64,000 nt of DNA from Leptolyngbyaceae cyanobacterium (GTDB taxonomy: Bacteria > Cyanobacteriota > Cyanobacteriia > Phormidesmidales > Phormidesmidaceae), in assembly GCA_965263355.1 (NCBI GenBank), contig CBDHHL010000056.1, positions 1,664,001-1,728,000 on the forward strand, written 5' to 3'. Numbering within the stretch: position 1 is the first letter of the stretch; the number at the start of each line of letters is the position of its first letter. The notes beneath the pieces were generated by a model that saw nothing but the letters and a program-made list of their open reading frames with translations, had not been told where the DNA came from and made no database searches. Positions 30,661 to 41,398 of this stretch are shown in pieces. The translations under genes were made by a program, and so were the position numbers.

Positions 30661-31422
30661 TTAGAGAGCATCAGGATCAATGCCTAGCTCCCTTAATTTT
30701 TGAGCCAACTTTTCGGCCCGTGCCACTTCTTGATTGGCCCGTGCCGCTTCTTGATTGGCCCGTGCCGCTTCTTGATTGGCCCGTGCCGCTTCTTGATTGG
30801 CCCGTGCCGCTTCTTGATTGGTGAGTGCTCTCAGCTCTACCGTAGATAGGAAGGGGCTGCCATCAGGGTAATAAATTGCCAGATCCCCGGTTGATGTATT
30901 GAAACTAATGCCTAACATCGGACTTTTCCAGCCATTTAAATTGGCAACGGGCAAAAGGCTCTCTCCCTGCCTTAACCAACCTTGCAACTTTACGGCATCT
31001 GGATCGTACAAGTAGTACTCACTTACTCCATAACGCTGATAAAAGGCTAATTTTTTTGCCATTTCTGGCGCACCATTACTGGGAGACAGAATTTCGAACA
31101 CTACCTGGGGAGGAATATTATTTTCTCGCCACTGCTTATAGGACGTACGCTCTCCCTTGGGCCGCCCAAAGGCAACCATCACATCCGGTGCTACAGGTGA
31201 CACCAGCTGAGACTGCTCCGGATACCAAAGTAAATCGCCCGCCACAAAAACATCAGGATTATTGGTAAAAAGTACCTCTAGGTTTTCTTTAATAATGACA
31301 ATCCAGCGAAACTGTTTTGTATTATCGGCCATGGGCTGTCCATCACTAGCTGGAAATAACTCTTCCTCATCCAGATCGAGCACATCTGCATTCGCAATTT
31401 CAAACGGTGTTTTGGCCGTCAT
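30661..31422 (-). CDS. Uma2-family putative restriction endonuclease
   Basis: SDGQPMADNTKQF, APDVMV, PPQVVFEILSPSN and GVSEYYLYDP; ends KLRELGIDPD. Confidence 0.92.
   Translation of the reverse strand: MTAKTPFEIANADVLDLDEEELFPASDGQPMADNTKQFRWIVIIKENLEVLFTNNPDVFVAGDLLWYPEQSQLVSPVAPDVMVAFGRPKGERTSYKQWRENNIPPQVVFEILSPSNGAPEMAKKLAFYQRYGVSEYYLYDPDAVKLQGWLRQGESLLPVANLNGWKSPMLGISFNTSTGDLAIYYPDGSPFLSTVELRALTNQEAARANQEAARANQEAARANQEAARANQEVARAEKLAQKLRELGIDPDAL
30715..30819. repeat. Five 21-bp tandem repeats encoding NQEAARA heptads in Uma2
   Basis: ggcccgtgcc(g/a)cttcttgatt x5, four of them identical. Confidence 0.95.
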
Positions 31423-31596
31423 CGATACCTCCGAAGTTATAACCGTGCGCCTTGATAGACATCTATTTTAGCGAGCGAAACCGCTGGTGGAACAAATGGA
31501 CTAGTCGTCTGTTATTCAATACCCATGGTCCTAATGCCAATTTTTCCTCCTGACACTGCTCTAAAATCCTAAGACGATTGAACCGTCAATTTTTAT

Positions 31597-32721
31597 ATGC
31601 GTGTTGCTGTTGTTCACGAGTGGCTAACCAGCCATGCAGGGTCTGAAAAAGTAATTGAGCAAATTCTCCAGCTTTATCCAGACGCAGACTTGTTTAGTCT
31701 GGTTGATTTTTTAACACCGGAGCAGCGTCACTTTATTGACCATCGTTCTGTAACAACCTCGTTTATCCAAAATCTACCACTGGCCAAGCGCGCATTTCGC
31801 CAATATTTGCCACTGATGCCTCTGGCGGTAGAACAGTTTAATTTAGCTGCCTACGATGTGGTGATTTCCAGTAACCATGCTGTGGCCAAAGGTGTACTTA
31901 CGGCTCCTCACCAACTGCACATCAGCTATGTACACACCCCCATTCGCTACGCTTGGGACATGCAACATCAATACCTGCAACAGGCCGGGTTAGACCGTGG
32001 TCCAAAGGGAGCCTTAACCCGTCTGATTCTGCACTATCTGCGACTCTGGGATACCATCAGTGCCAATCGGGTAGATCGATTTATTGCCAATTCTAGATTT
32101 ATCGCTAAACGTATCTGGCGGACTTATCGTCGACCCGCAAAAGTCATTTATCCACCGGTTGACGTCTCTCGTTTTGACTGGCAGCATCCTCGTGAAAACT
32201 TCTATTTGACTGTGTCGCGGTTTGTCCCCTACAAGCGAGTAGATCTTACTGTTAAGGCATTTAACCAACTAAAACTACCATTGGTTGTAATTGGTGATGG
32301 CTCCGACTGGAAGAAAATTTCAGCCATGGCAGGGCCACATGTTCGACTCCTAGGCCATCAACCTGACGCCGTAGTGACGGACTATATGCAACGGTGTAAA
32401 GGGCTTATTTTTCCGGCGGAAGAAGACTTTGGCATTACTCCAGTAGAAGCCCAGGCGGCAGGAGCCCCAGTCATTGCTTTTGGTCGAGGAGGCGTGACTG
32501 AAACGGTCGTTAACGGTAAAACAGGTGTTTTGTTTCCAGAACAGACAGTTGACAGTCTGGTACAGGCCGTAAAATCCTTTGAAGTGCATATGCCTGAATT
32601 AGACCGGAATACTCTGCGTCAACAGGCTGAAAAGTTCTCGATTGAATGTTTTCGATGTCAGTTTCGTGACTGTATTGAGCAAACCCATACAGCCTTCTTG
32701 CAAGGTAATCCCTTAGAGTAG
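31597..32721 (+). CDS. GT4 glycosyltransferase (WbaZ-like)
   Basis: HEWLTSHAGSEKV, YVHTPIRYAWD and EEDFGITPVEAQAAG. Confidence 0.9.
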   Translation: MRVAVVHEWLTSHAGSEKVIEQILQLYPDADLFSLVDFLTPEQRHFIDHRSVTTSFIQNLPLAKRAFRQYLPLMPLAVEQFNLAAYDVVISSNHAVAKGVLTAPHQLHISYVHTPIRYAWDMQHQYLQQAGLDRGPKGALTRLILHYLRLWDTISANRVDRFIANSRFIAKRIWRTYRRPAKVIYPPVDVSRFDWQHPRENFYLTVSRFVPYKRVDLTVKAFNQLKLPLVVIGDGSDWKKISAMAGPHVRLLGHQPDAVVTDYMQRCKGLIFPAEEDFGITPVEAQAAGAPVIAFGRGGVTETVVNGKTGVLFPEQTVDSLVQAVKSFEVHMPELDRNTLRQQAEKFSIECFRCQFRDCIEQTHTAFLQGNPLE

Positions 32722-32752
32722 TTTAGGTTATCGCCTTCGGCATCTGGTGCTC

Positions 32753-34195
32753 ATGACTCTTTCTCAGTCGACTCAACCTGCGATCGCACCTCTCAAAATA
32801 AACGCTCACCCCAGTTATATGGTGAGCGCGTTGATCACAAGTGATGCCTTGTGTTTGAGTATTGCTGGCATTGCTAGTGTCTACATCCGCCTGTGGTTCA
32901 ACGGCCAATATGCGCCTTCGCTTTACTGGGATCTCTGGCCATTAGTCAGCTTATTTTTACTTGGGTATGGTCTGGCTGGACTGTATCCAGGCCATGGTAT
33001 TGGCCCCGTCGAAGAGCTGCGACGATTGACCCTGACCACGACGCTGCTTTATCTCACCCTGGGGTCAGCCATCTTTCTCTTTCGCGATTTACAGTTGTAC
33101 TCCCGAGCCGCGTTTCTCATGGCCTGGGGGCTGTCAATCATCTTGGTGTTATTGGGTCGTTATGCGCTCAGAGCGTTGGTGGCCAAACGGTCCTGGTGGG
33201 GGTATCCCGTCCTTGTCCTGGGGGCAGGTGAGACCGGAGCCCTGGTAATTCGTACTTTACATCGGCATCCATCGCTGGGCTTAAAGCCTGTGGCCGTACT
33301 GGATGATGACGTCAAAAAACACGGCACGCTCGAAGATGTTCCCGTGATTGGCAATTTAGCCCAGGCCCCCAGATATGCCAATCGTGACCAAATTCCCTAT
33401 GCCATCGTGGCCATGCCCGGTGTGCATCGCGACCGACTCTTATACATTGTGCAGCGCTATGGTCGAGCCTTTCCTCACTTGTTGATTATTCCTGATCTAT
33501 TCGGGATGGCCAGTTTGTGGGTGGCCGCACGCGATCTGGGAGGTGTTCTAGGGTTAGAATCTCGCCAACAGTTATTACTACCGGGTCCAAAACTCACCAA
33601 AAGCCTCCTCGACCAATGTTTGACAGTTGTGGTTGGCCTGGTCTGTCTACCCCTGATTGCCCTGATTGCCCTTGCCATTCGCATTGACTCATCGGGACCA
33701 ATTTTTTATGCCCAGGTACGCATCGGTCGCAGAGGTCGTCCGTTTAAAGCTTGGAAATTTCGCACGATGGTACCCAATGCGGACAAAGTTCTCAAGCAGT
33801 ACCTCCACAATCAGCCAGAACTTCGTAGCCGCTGGGATCAGGACCGCAAACTTAAATACGACCCCCGTATTACCCGTTTAGGGCGCTGGTTGCGACGCAC
33901 GAGTTTAGACGAGCTGCCCCAGCTTTGGAACGTGCTACGGGGTGAAATGAGTTTGGTAGGACCACGCCCCATTGTTCACGATGAGGTCCGTCGCTACGCG
34001 GATAAGTTTGAACTTTATACCCAGGTCCTGCCTGGCCTCACTGGCTTATGGCAAGTCTCGGGACGTAATAATATTACCTACGAAGAACGGGTCAACCTGG
34101 ATGCTTACTATGTCCGTAACTGGTCAGTTTGGCTAGATCTCTATATTCTGATTCGTACAGTATGGGTAGTCCTTGTGGGGGACGGTGCGTATTAA
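32753..34195 (+). CDS. wbaP: Undecaprenyl-phosphate hexose-1-phosphate transferase (WbaP type)
   Basis: [36 protein letters not shown] and [13 protein letters not shown]. Confidence 0.88.
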   Translation: MTLSQSTQPAIAPLKINAHPSYMVSALITSDALCLSIAGIASVYIRLWFNGQYAPSLYWDLWPLVSLFLLGYGLAGLYPGHGIGPVEELRRLTLTTTLLYLTLGSAIFLFRDLQLYSRAAFLMAWGLSIILVLLGRYALRALVAKRSWWGYPVLVLGAGETGALVIRTLHRHPSLGLKPVAVLDDDVKKHGTLEDVPVIGNLAQAPRYANRDQIPYAIVAMPGVHRDRLLYIVQRYGRAFPHLLIIPDLFGMASLWVAARDLGGVLGLESRQQLLLPGPKLTKSLLDQCLTVVVGLVCLPLIALIALAIRIDSSGPIFYAQVRIGRRGRPFKAWKFRTMVPNADKVLKQYLHNQPELRSRWDQDRKLKYDPRITRLGRWLRRTSLDELPQLWNVLRGEMSLVGPRPIVHDEVRRYADKFELYTQVLPGLTGLWQVSGRNNITYEERVNLDAYYVRNWSVWLDLYILIRTVWVVLVGDGAY

Positions 34196-35444
34196 CTCAA
34201 CCCAATCTACGAAAAAGATTTTCACGATCCTACGCTCAGGGCCTGGTGACGACTGGCTATGGATCAGTGCATTGGTGGTGTTGCCCTTTGCTAGCTACTT
34301 GGGGTTAGGTATCTTGGTAGTGCTGATACTCACAGCTCTGGGACAGCGCTTCCGTCCCATTTGGCGAACGTTGGGGCAACAAGGCTACGGGATTTTAACC
34401 CTGGGGTTATTGATTAGCGCTTGTTTTGCCGTTAATCGTGGTGATGCCTGGCTGCAACTGGCTAATTTTCTGCCCTATTTTTTGTTGGTTGGCGTACTTC
34501 ACACTGCACCACGCTTTTGTTCGTCTAGGCCTATTTTTACAACTATCGTCCAGGCCCTAGTACTTGGGTCGTTACCATTTAGTACCGCTGCCCTGGTTGA
34601 ATATATTGTTCGATTCCCAGGGGTTACTGCCCATGTCCGTGACTGGTCGATCTTTCAATGGATTTTTGATGTGAGCTTTGTTGGTCACCGTGCCCATGGT
34701 GGCCTCAGTCACCCCAATATTTTGAGCAATTACTTGGTGATTGTGCTGGGGTTAGGGCTGGGGATACTTTTAGGGCAAATGCGATCGCACCTTAAACAGT
34801 CTGCTCAGATGACTATTGTGATGGTAGCCGCAACGGGGTTGGCCGGGGTCGGTATATTTTTCACCAGTTCTCGCAATGGGTTATTAGCTGCTGTTGCTTT
34901 GTTATTAATTGCTGGCTACCTGGCTAGGCGACATCGCTGGGTATGGGTCTTGGGCCTGGTTATTTTTAGTGTGATGACAACAGGGCTACTGGTTTTAGGA
35001 TTTGGTGGGCGTACCCTGAGTTTGGCACTCTTTACCCAAGATCCGCGCGTGGCCGCTTGGCAAATTGCCCTGAAGCTAATTCAACAGCGTCCTTTAGTCG
35101 GTTGGGGGCTAGGAGGATTTAGTCACCAATATGTTCCTTTTAGTGTGACTGGCCATGAGCGTCTGTTTCATCCCCACAATCTCTGGCTTTACTTGGCCTG
35201 TGACACCGGCATATTCAACTTATTACTCTTTTGTTGGGTCGTTGGACGCACTTACATAACTGGCATTCGCCGTCTGATGATGGCTAACTACAATCCAATG
35301 CTACTAAGTTACGTACTGGCCTTTACTGGGTGTATGCTATTTGCCTTGTTTGATGTCACCCTCTTTGATGCCCGCATTAATGTATTGAGTTGGTTTATTC
35401 TGGCAGCCATTGGCCCATTGGCAAGCAGTCAAACCGTCAATTAG
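34173..35444 (+). CDS. O-antigen ligase/polymerase-family membrane protein
   Basis: Multi-TM; HPNILSNY, TSSRNG, RPLVGWGLG and HPHNLWL. Start uncertain. Confidence 0.85.
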   Translation: MWGTVRINSTQSTKKIFTILRSGPGDDWLWISALVVLPFASYLGLGILVVLILTALGQRFRPIWRTLGQQGYGILTLGLLISACFAVNRGDAWLQLANFLPYFLLVGVLHTAPRFCSSRPIFTTIVQALVLGSLPFSTAALVEYIVRFPGVTAHVRDWSIFQWIFDVSFVGHRAHGGLSHPNILSNYLVIVLGLGLGILLGQMRSHLKQSAQMTIVMVAATGLAGVGIFFTSSRNGLLAAVALLLIAGYLARRHRWVWVLGLVIFSVMTTGLLVLGFGGRTLSLALFTQDPRVAAWQIALKLIQQRPLVGWGLGGFSHQYVPFSVTGHERLFHPHNLWLYLACDTGIFNLLLFCWVVGRTYITGIRRLMMANYNPMLLSYVLAFTGCMLFALFDVTLFDARINVLSWFILAAIGPLASSQTVN

Positions 35445-35487
35445 CGGTAGAGCAAAAACCCACTAAACAGTTCATTCAACTAATGTA

Positions 35488-35522
35488 AGGGCAGAGAAGC
35501 GTTGTGCCTGCTTCCCTACCCT
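35488..35522 (-). terminator. Hairpin downstream of petL
   Basis: On the minus strand AGGGUAGGGAAGC-N9-GCUUCUCUGCCCU forms a 13-bp stem with two G-U pairs, which work only on this strand. Confidence 0.6.
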
Positions 35523-35550
35523 CTTAAACTAAAGCAAACTTGAGTCGGGC

Positions 35551-35646
35551 TTAGATTAGCTTTACAGCTTTTAGACCGTAATACATACCAATACCAGCAC
35601 CCGCTGCGCCAAATAAAAGTACCAGGTAAACTAAGGCTCCAGTCAT
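35551..35646 (-). CDS. petL: Cytochrome b6f complex subunit 6 (31 aa; absent from ORF track)
   Basis: Manual translation MTGALVYLVLLFGAAGAGIGMYYGLKAVKLI*: one TM helix with the PetL-type LK.VKLI C-terminus. AGGAG RBS upstream; hairpin downstream. Confidence 0.88.
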   Translation of the reverse strand: MTGALVYLVLLFGAAGAGIGMYYGLKAVKLI

Positions 35647-35877
35647 CACCAAACTCCTCTTTGTAAAAACCAAACTCTTTGTAAAAACCCAAAAAGCTGC
35701 ATACTTTTTTTATAAAACTAAAAAAGACGCATAGTTCAATTGAAACACGTTCCCTGACGGTTTGTGGCAACAAGTAGAGCGATACATCCCTTGACCACAG
35801 CATCAAATGTGAGCCTCTAAGGCTAGAATAAAAAACCTGGTTATTTTTTGCAGACTAAACATTTTGGCAGACAGAGC

Positions 35878-37281
35878 ATGAGTAAGGGCACGTTATTTGA
35901 CAAGGTTTGGGCTCTGCATACGGTGACCACCCTGCCGTCAGGCCAGACCCAGCTGTTTATTGGTCTGCATTTGATCCATGAGGTGACTAGTCCGCAGGCG
36001 TTTGCCATGTTGCGCGATCGCAACCTGAAGGTCATGTATCCCGACCGCACGGTTGCCACAGTCGACCACATCGTCCCCACCGACAGTCAAGCTCGCCCCT
36101 TTGCCGACAGCCTAGCCGAAGCCATGATGGTCGCCCTAGAAAGCAACACCAACACCAATGGCATTCGCTTCTTTAATGTCGGTTCTGGTCACCAAGGGAT
36201 TGTCCATGTCATTGCCCCCGAGCAAGGGCTAACCCAACCGGGCATGACCATTGCCTGTGGTGATAGCCACACCTCCACCCATGGTGCCTTCGGCGCAATT
36301 GCTTTTGGTATTGGTACCAGCCAAGTACGCGATGTCCTAGCTTCCCAAACCCTGTCTCTCGATAAACTTAATGTTCGGCGCATTGAAGTCAATGGCACCC
36401 TGGCACCCGGCGTTTATGCCAAAGATGTAATTTTGCACATTATCCGTACCCTTGGGGCTAAAGCCGGGGCAGGCTATGCCTATGAATATGCTGGCAACAC
36501 CATCGAAGCCATGTCCATGGAAGAGCGGATGACCCTGTGCAATATGTCCATTGAGGGTGGTGCCCGTTGCGGTTATGTTAATCCCGATCCAATTACCTAC
36601 AACTATCTGAGGGGGAGAGCGTTTGCCCCTCAAGACGATAAATTTGAGCAGGCCATTGCCTGGTGGGAGAGCCTGCGCAGCGAATCCAATGCCGAATACG
36701 ATGATGTAGTTATCTTTGACGCTCAGGAGATTCCCCCTACCGTTACCTGGGGGATTAGCCCCGATCAAGCCATTGGCGTTGACGAAGCGATTCCCAGCCT
36801 GACCTCTTTTAAGGTCGATGAACAACCTCTAATTCAAGAAGCTTACTCCTACATGGACTTAGCCCCTGGCCAACCCATGCTTGGAACTCCCATTGATGTC
36901 TGTTTTATCGGCAGTTGCACCAATGGACGTCTCAGCGATTTGCGAGAAGCTGCCAAAGTGGCCCAAGGACGTCAAGTAGCCCAAGGTATCAAAGCCTTTG
37001 TCGTATCCGGTTCAGAACAAGTAAAACAGCAAGCTGAAGCCGAAGGGCTGGACAAAATATTTTTAGAAGCAGGGTTTGAATGGCGAGAACCAGGGTGTTC
37101 TATGTGTCTGGCAATGAATCCTGACAAGCTACAAGAGCGTCAAATCAGTGCCTCATCCTCAAATCGCAACTTTAAAGGACGTCAAGGCTCGGCTTCAGGA
37201 AGAACATTACTCATGAGTCCGGCTATGGTAGCCCTAGCTGCAATTAATGGCCAAGTAAGTGATGTACGCAGCTTACTATAG
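35878..37281 (+). CDS. leuC: 3-isopropylmalate dehydratase large subunit
   Basis: [31 protein letters not shown] and GCSMCLAMN. Confidence 0.96.
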   Translation: MSKGTLFDKVWALHTVTTLPSGQTQLFIGLHLIHEVTSPQAFAMLRDRNLKVMYPDRTVATVDHIVPTDSQARPFADSLAEAMMVALESNTNTNGIRFFNVGSGHQGIVHVIAPEQGLTQPGMTIACGDSHTSTHGAFGAIAFGIGTSQVRDVLASQTLSLDKLNVRRIEVNGTLAPGVYAKDVILHIIRTLGAKAGAGYAYEYAGNTIEAMSMEERMTLCNMSIEGGARCGYVNPDPITYNYLRGRAFAPQDDKFEQAIAWWESLRSESNAEYDDVVIFDAQEIPPTVTWGISPDQAIGVDEAIPSLTSFKVDEQPLIQEAYSYMDLAPGQPMLGTPIDVCFIGSCTNGRLSDLREAAKVAQGRQVAQGIKAFVVSGSEQVKQQAEAEGLDKIFLEAGFEWREPGCSMCLAMNPDKLQERQISASSSNRNFKGRQGSASGRTLLMSPAMVALAAINGQVSDVRSLL

Positions 37282-37680
37282 GTATGCAAAAGACAGCGCA
37301 ATACTAAGACGCTTGTAATCCTAGAAATTCCTGACACTAGCAATAGTGAAATATTTTTTCTTTAGCAAGATATAAATGGATACCATCAAAAGTTTCGCTT
37401 TTCTTAACCTTTTGATTACCTTACGTTAAGTTTTTGCCTTAATCATGTCGGTATTATCGATTAAGCGAACCTCAAAATGCTGCTGAATCAGGATTTAGCT
37501 TGATTACACTAATTTATAGAGCTACTCTCTCGTGTTGAAGGGTTATCCGAAAAGCAGCAGTACTAACTTCATTTTTAGCAGAGTTATTCAAGCATTACCG
37601 TTGGCTAAAATACATCTCTGCTGTCACTTGCTTACATAGCCGACTGCTCATCCAGCATTCACAGGGGCCTAGTTTTTTCT

Positions 37681-38313
37681 ATGTCAGTACATCAGCTCAC
37701 CCACAGCAACCGTACGTCAGACCATTACATTGCTTTACTTGAGCAACTTTATCACGAGCGTAATCTAGCTCAATTCACAGCAGGGCAAAGCATTCCCCTA
37801 AGGCGTGGCGAGATATATGTCATTTGCCGAGGCATTGTCCAACTGCACACCATTCATCCTGACGGCAGTGAAACATTGCTAGGTCTCGCTGGCCCTTCTA
37901 TGCCCTTTGGCCTTAGCTTTACTGGAGTAAGTCCCTATTGGGCTACGGCACTGACACCGGTAGATGTTCTACCACTCTCGATGGCAGAACTCGAAAATTC
38001 TCCCACACTGATGGCAGGCTTATTTACCCATCTATCTAGACGTTTGCAACAATCGGAAGCTTGGCTTGCACTCTCTGGTAAGCGTTTGGTAGCCGATAGA
38101 CTACGGCAGCTTCTAATTATGCTAGCCCAAGATTTTGGTCAAGTAGAACCCCAAGGCGTTAAATTGACAATCCGTTTAACCCATCATCAACTAGCCACTA
38201 CCATTGGCACCACGAGAGTAACAGTTACTCGCCTGCTTAGAGACTTTCGCAAAGAAGGTTGGCTTAAAATTCATCAACGCTATCTTATTTTGCCCTTAAG
38301 TATGCTCTCGTAG
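37681..38313 (+). CDS. Crp/Fnr-family transcriptional regulator (CysR-like)
   Basis: HTH LTHHQLATTIGTTRVTVTRLL; LLGLAGPSMPFG segment. Confidence 0.88.
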   Translation: MSVHQLTHSNRTSDHYIALLEQLYHERNLAQFTAGQSIPLRRGEIYVICRGIVQLHTIHPDGSETLLGLAGPSMPFGLSFTGVSPYWATALTPVDVLPLSMAELENSPTLMAGLFTHLSRRLQQSEAWLALSGKRLVADRLRQLLIMLAQDFGQVEPQGVKLTIRLTHHQLATTIGTTRVTVTRLLRDFRKEGWLKIHQRYLILPLSMLS

Positions 38314-38452
38314 GTTTTGGATAAGGTCCAAAGTCGACTGTAGTCGCCTCGTTAAATTTTTAGCCACATGTCTAAGGGTAGTTTTGCACAAAAAATCTTT
38401 GGCTTTTAACTAGGACTTAATTTACATATTACTGGCCCCTAAAGCATGTTTG

Positions 38453-38484
38453 GATATCTGACCAATTGTCAGGTATCTTTTTTT
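38453..38484 (+). terminator. Rho-independent terminator after the Crp-family gene
   Basis: GATATCTGAC-CAATT-GTCAGGTATC stem followed by T7. Confidence 0.7.
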
Positions 38485-38901
38485 ATGATTGTGCCAATGT
38501 GCAAAAAATCCCCGATTTTACATAGGTTTCAGAGTTTATTTAGAGATGTGAAACATACCCGAGATTTGTTCTAGTAGACAAACAGTTCAAAAAAGCAATG
38601 CTAATCTAATGAGCCATAAGAACAAATCGCTTTAATCAATTATTTATCTTACTGGTATCCAAATTAAACAGTTTTATTAGGTAGTGAATTATCCAACCAC
38701 CTAAGTTAAGCTGTCCCAAACAGGCAATTAATTGATTGATCTAATTATTCAAAACCTCGCTAGACATTTAATCCATCAGGAATATTTGGAAGATTAGAGG
38801 ATCCAGAGCTTGACCTTGGGCCTCAGATTTATTTATCTGCATTCGATCTGCTGCACCTCTGGTGCTTGCTTAATGAAATATCACATCAGACCTATCTATT
38901 C

Positions 38902-40713
38902 ATGCTGACAACGTCTAAAACCACCATATCCTTCAAACGCTTTACAGCTAAGGTCTATTCTTCGCTAAGCGCGGTTTATTCCGAAGAACAACTTGATATC
39001 CTTCTACCTCGACTGTACGAACTGACAAGGGAACATCTCAAAGTTCACTCCCAGGAAGATTTAGGTAAATGGGATCAGGATAACGTCTTGCTCATAACTT
39101 ATGGTGATAGCATTCGCAGCGACAACACATCTCCACTCCAAACACTCCACCAGTTTCTCAATACTCGTTTGGCCGATACTGTCACCGGTGTTCATATTCT
39201 TCCTTTCTTCCCTTATAGTTCCGACGATGGATTTTCAGTCATTGATTTTCTAGAAGTCAATCCAGCTCTAGGGAATTGGGCTGATGTAGAAGCCATTGGC
39301 CGTAACTTTAACTTAATGTTTGACCTGGTTGCCAACCATGTTTCTAGTCAGAGCGATTGGTTTCAACAGTTTAAACAAGACCAACTCCCTGGACGCAATT
39401 ACTTTATTAGCCTACCTGCAGATACATCTGTGGCCCATATCGTCAGACCTCGTAGTAGCCCGCTGCTTACGCCAGTAGAAACAACCCAAGGCATTCAATA
39501 TGTATGGACAACATTTAGTGCTGACCAGATCGATTTAGACTACAGCAATCCAGACGTATTTTTAGAATTTATCAATATTATTCTGGCCTATGTCCTTCAC
39601 GGTGCCCGTTATATTCGCTTAGATGCGGTTGGCTTTTTATGGAAGTCCTTAAATACCTGCTGTATACACTTACCTGAGACCCATAAACTTATTCAAACTT
39701 TCCGCGAGATTCTGCAAATGATCGATCCAGGCGTTGCCCTGATCACTGAAACTAATGTGCCGAATCGTGAGAACCTCAGCTATTTTGGGAACCGCAACGA
39801 AGCCCATATGATCTACAATTTCAGCCTGCCGCCACTGCTGCTGAATGCGTTAATGCAAGGTCATGCAGACCACCTCAAAACCTGGATGATGAGCATGCCA
39901 CCAGCGCCTATCGGCTGTGCCTATTTTAATTTCACCGCCTCCCATGATGGCATTGGTATGCGTCCTACTGAGGGATTGTTGGCAGACAAAGAATTTCAAA
40001 CGTTGATCAATACTATGCGTAGCTTTGGTGCTCAAATCAGCATGCGCAGTAAGCCTGACGGCACTGAATCACCTTACGAGATTAATATTTCATTATTTGA
40101 TGCCTGCAAAGGTACAGCCCAAGGGCCTGACCAATGGCAAATTGAGCGTTTTATTTGCTCACAAACGGTAATGATGTCCCTGGAAGGAATTCCCGCCTTC
40201 TATATCCACAGTTTATTAGCTACGCCTAATGATATTGAAGGCATGAAAGCCACTGGTCATAACCGCTCGATTAACCGCCATTCCTGGGATAAAAAACGTT
40301 TGGATGCGCTCCTGAACGATCCTAAGTCTCCCCAGTCTATTATCCTAACAGAGTTATCACGTCTAATTCAGATTCGTCGTCAGCAAAAAGCATTTCACCC
40401 TAATGCAACTCAGTACACATTGCACCCAGAAAATTCAGCTATTTTGGCGTTCTGGCGTCAGAGCCTGGCTCGCGATCAGAGCATTTTTTCAATCCACAAT
40501 CTTAGCAACCAGCCCCATACACTGTGTCTGAGTGAACTGAACTTAGTGAATACTGATAGCTGGATGGATTTGATTAGCGGCGAACATTTTGACGATTTGC
40601 ATGGGGTTTATGAGCTGAGGCCCTATCAGTCAGTTTGGCTGACAAATCGTCCATATTATGATCCGTCAAATACACCGGAGCATGTCGATTTAGAGTTTCT
40701 TTATCAGGCTTAG
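38902..40713 (+). CDS. GH13_18 sugar phosphorylase, probably glucosylglycerate phosphorylase
   Basis: LITYGD, SSDDGFSV, RLDAVGF, ITETN, ASHDGIG and loop-A SPYEIN. Confidence 0.85.
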   Translation: MLTTSKTTISFKRFTAKVYSSLSAVYSEEQLDILLPRLYELTREHLKVHSQEDLGKWDQDNVLLITYGDSIRSDNTSPLQTLHQFLNTRLADTVTGVHILPFFPYSSDDGFSVIDFLEVNPALGNWADVEAIGRNFNLMFDLVANHVSSQSDWFQQFKQDQLPGRNYFISLPADTSVAHIVRPRSSPLLTPVETTQGIQYVWTTFSADQIDLDYSNPDVFLEFINIILAYVLHGARYIRLDAVGFLWKSLNTCCIHLPETHKLIQTFREILQMIDPGVALITETNVPNRENLSYFGNRNEAHMIYNFSLPPLLLNALMQGHADHLKTWMMSMPPAPIGCAYFNFTASHDGIGMRPTEGLLADKEFQTLINTMRSFGAQISMRSKPDGTESPYEINISLFDACKGTAQGPDQWQIERFICSQTVMMSLEGIPAFYIHSLLATPNDIEGMKATGHNRSINRHSWDKKRLDALLNDPKSPQSIILTELSRLIQIRRQQKAFHPNATQYTLHPENSAILAFWRQSLARDQSIFSIHNLSNQPHTLCLSELNLVNTDSWMDLISGEHFDDLHGVYELRPYQSVWLTNRPYYDPSNTPEHVDLEFLYQA

Positions 40714-40760
40714 CGGTAAGGGGTACATGCTCAAACCTCTAACAATACCTATTGAGGAGT

Positions 40761-41318
40761 TCAAGTATTGAGTTTTCCAATAGGTGTAATAAGGCCATCA
40801 ATACTCACACTACCCTTTTCAATTTGATATTGTGCCACGCCCTCGGGACCTTTCTTCTCAGCCCAAACGGGCAGCGTAGGACGTTGTCCCTGGTAGTCAT
40901 AAAGGGGAACACCATAACCGCAGGATGTTTGGACTCGATGGATATCGATGACGATTATCTGCCGGGTGCCAGATATGCCTGGGAAAAAGGGCTGTAAATT
41001 TGCCCAATAGTCATCACTGGGCAAGACTACAGATCCTTGGCCGTATAGCCGTAAAATCAACGGTTGTCGGTCAAAACTGCAAAACATTACCGTAATCCGC
41101 CTATTTTCAATGACATGGGCGGAAGTTTCATTTCCACTTCCCGTGAGATCCAAATATGCCACCTGGGTAGGGGATAAGACGCGAAATGCATCTAAGCCTT
41201 TGGGAGAGACGTTAACGTGTCCATTAGCTGTGAGGGGAGCCGTAGCAACAAAAAAGAGTTGCTGCTTTTGAATAAACTCCTGATGGACTGGAGTTAGTTC
41301 GGCAAACACGTTGGCCAT
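40761..41318 (-). CDS. Pyridoxamine 5'-phosphate oxidase-family protein
   Basis: FFVATAP, NVSPKG, DLTGSGNET and QTSCGYGVP. Confidence 0.88.
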   Translation of the reverse strand: MANVFAELTPVHQEFIQKQQLFFVATAPLTANGHVNVSPKGLDAFRVLSPTQVAYLDLTGSGNETSAHVIENRRITVMFCSFDRQPLILRLYGQGSVVLPSDDYWANLQPFFPGISGTRQIIVIDIHRVQTSCGYGVPLYDYQGQRPTLPVWAEKKGPEGVAQYQIEKGSVSIDGLITPIGKLNT

Positions 41319-41398
41319 GGAGAAGTCTCTTTATTAGAAAGCGTTGCCTCACGTTACCATAGTGAACTGGTAACGTCGTATAGTGCCTAAAACACATT

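Noticed and set aside
30618..30824. ORF with (PVPLLDW)n repeats; possible CRISPR-like array
   Set aside because: Antisense reading of the Uma2 coding repeat; no spacers and no cas genes.
35516..35806. 96-aa minus-strand ORF in the track
   Set aside because: Overlaps petL in another frame; petL has the RBS and a recognisable product.
36337..36825. 162-aa antisense ORF inside leuC, and similar antisense ORFs in pyk, wzt, sppA and others
   Set aside because: Typical shadow ORFs opposite well-supported genes.
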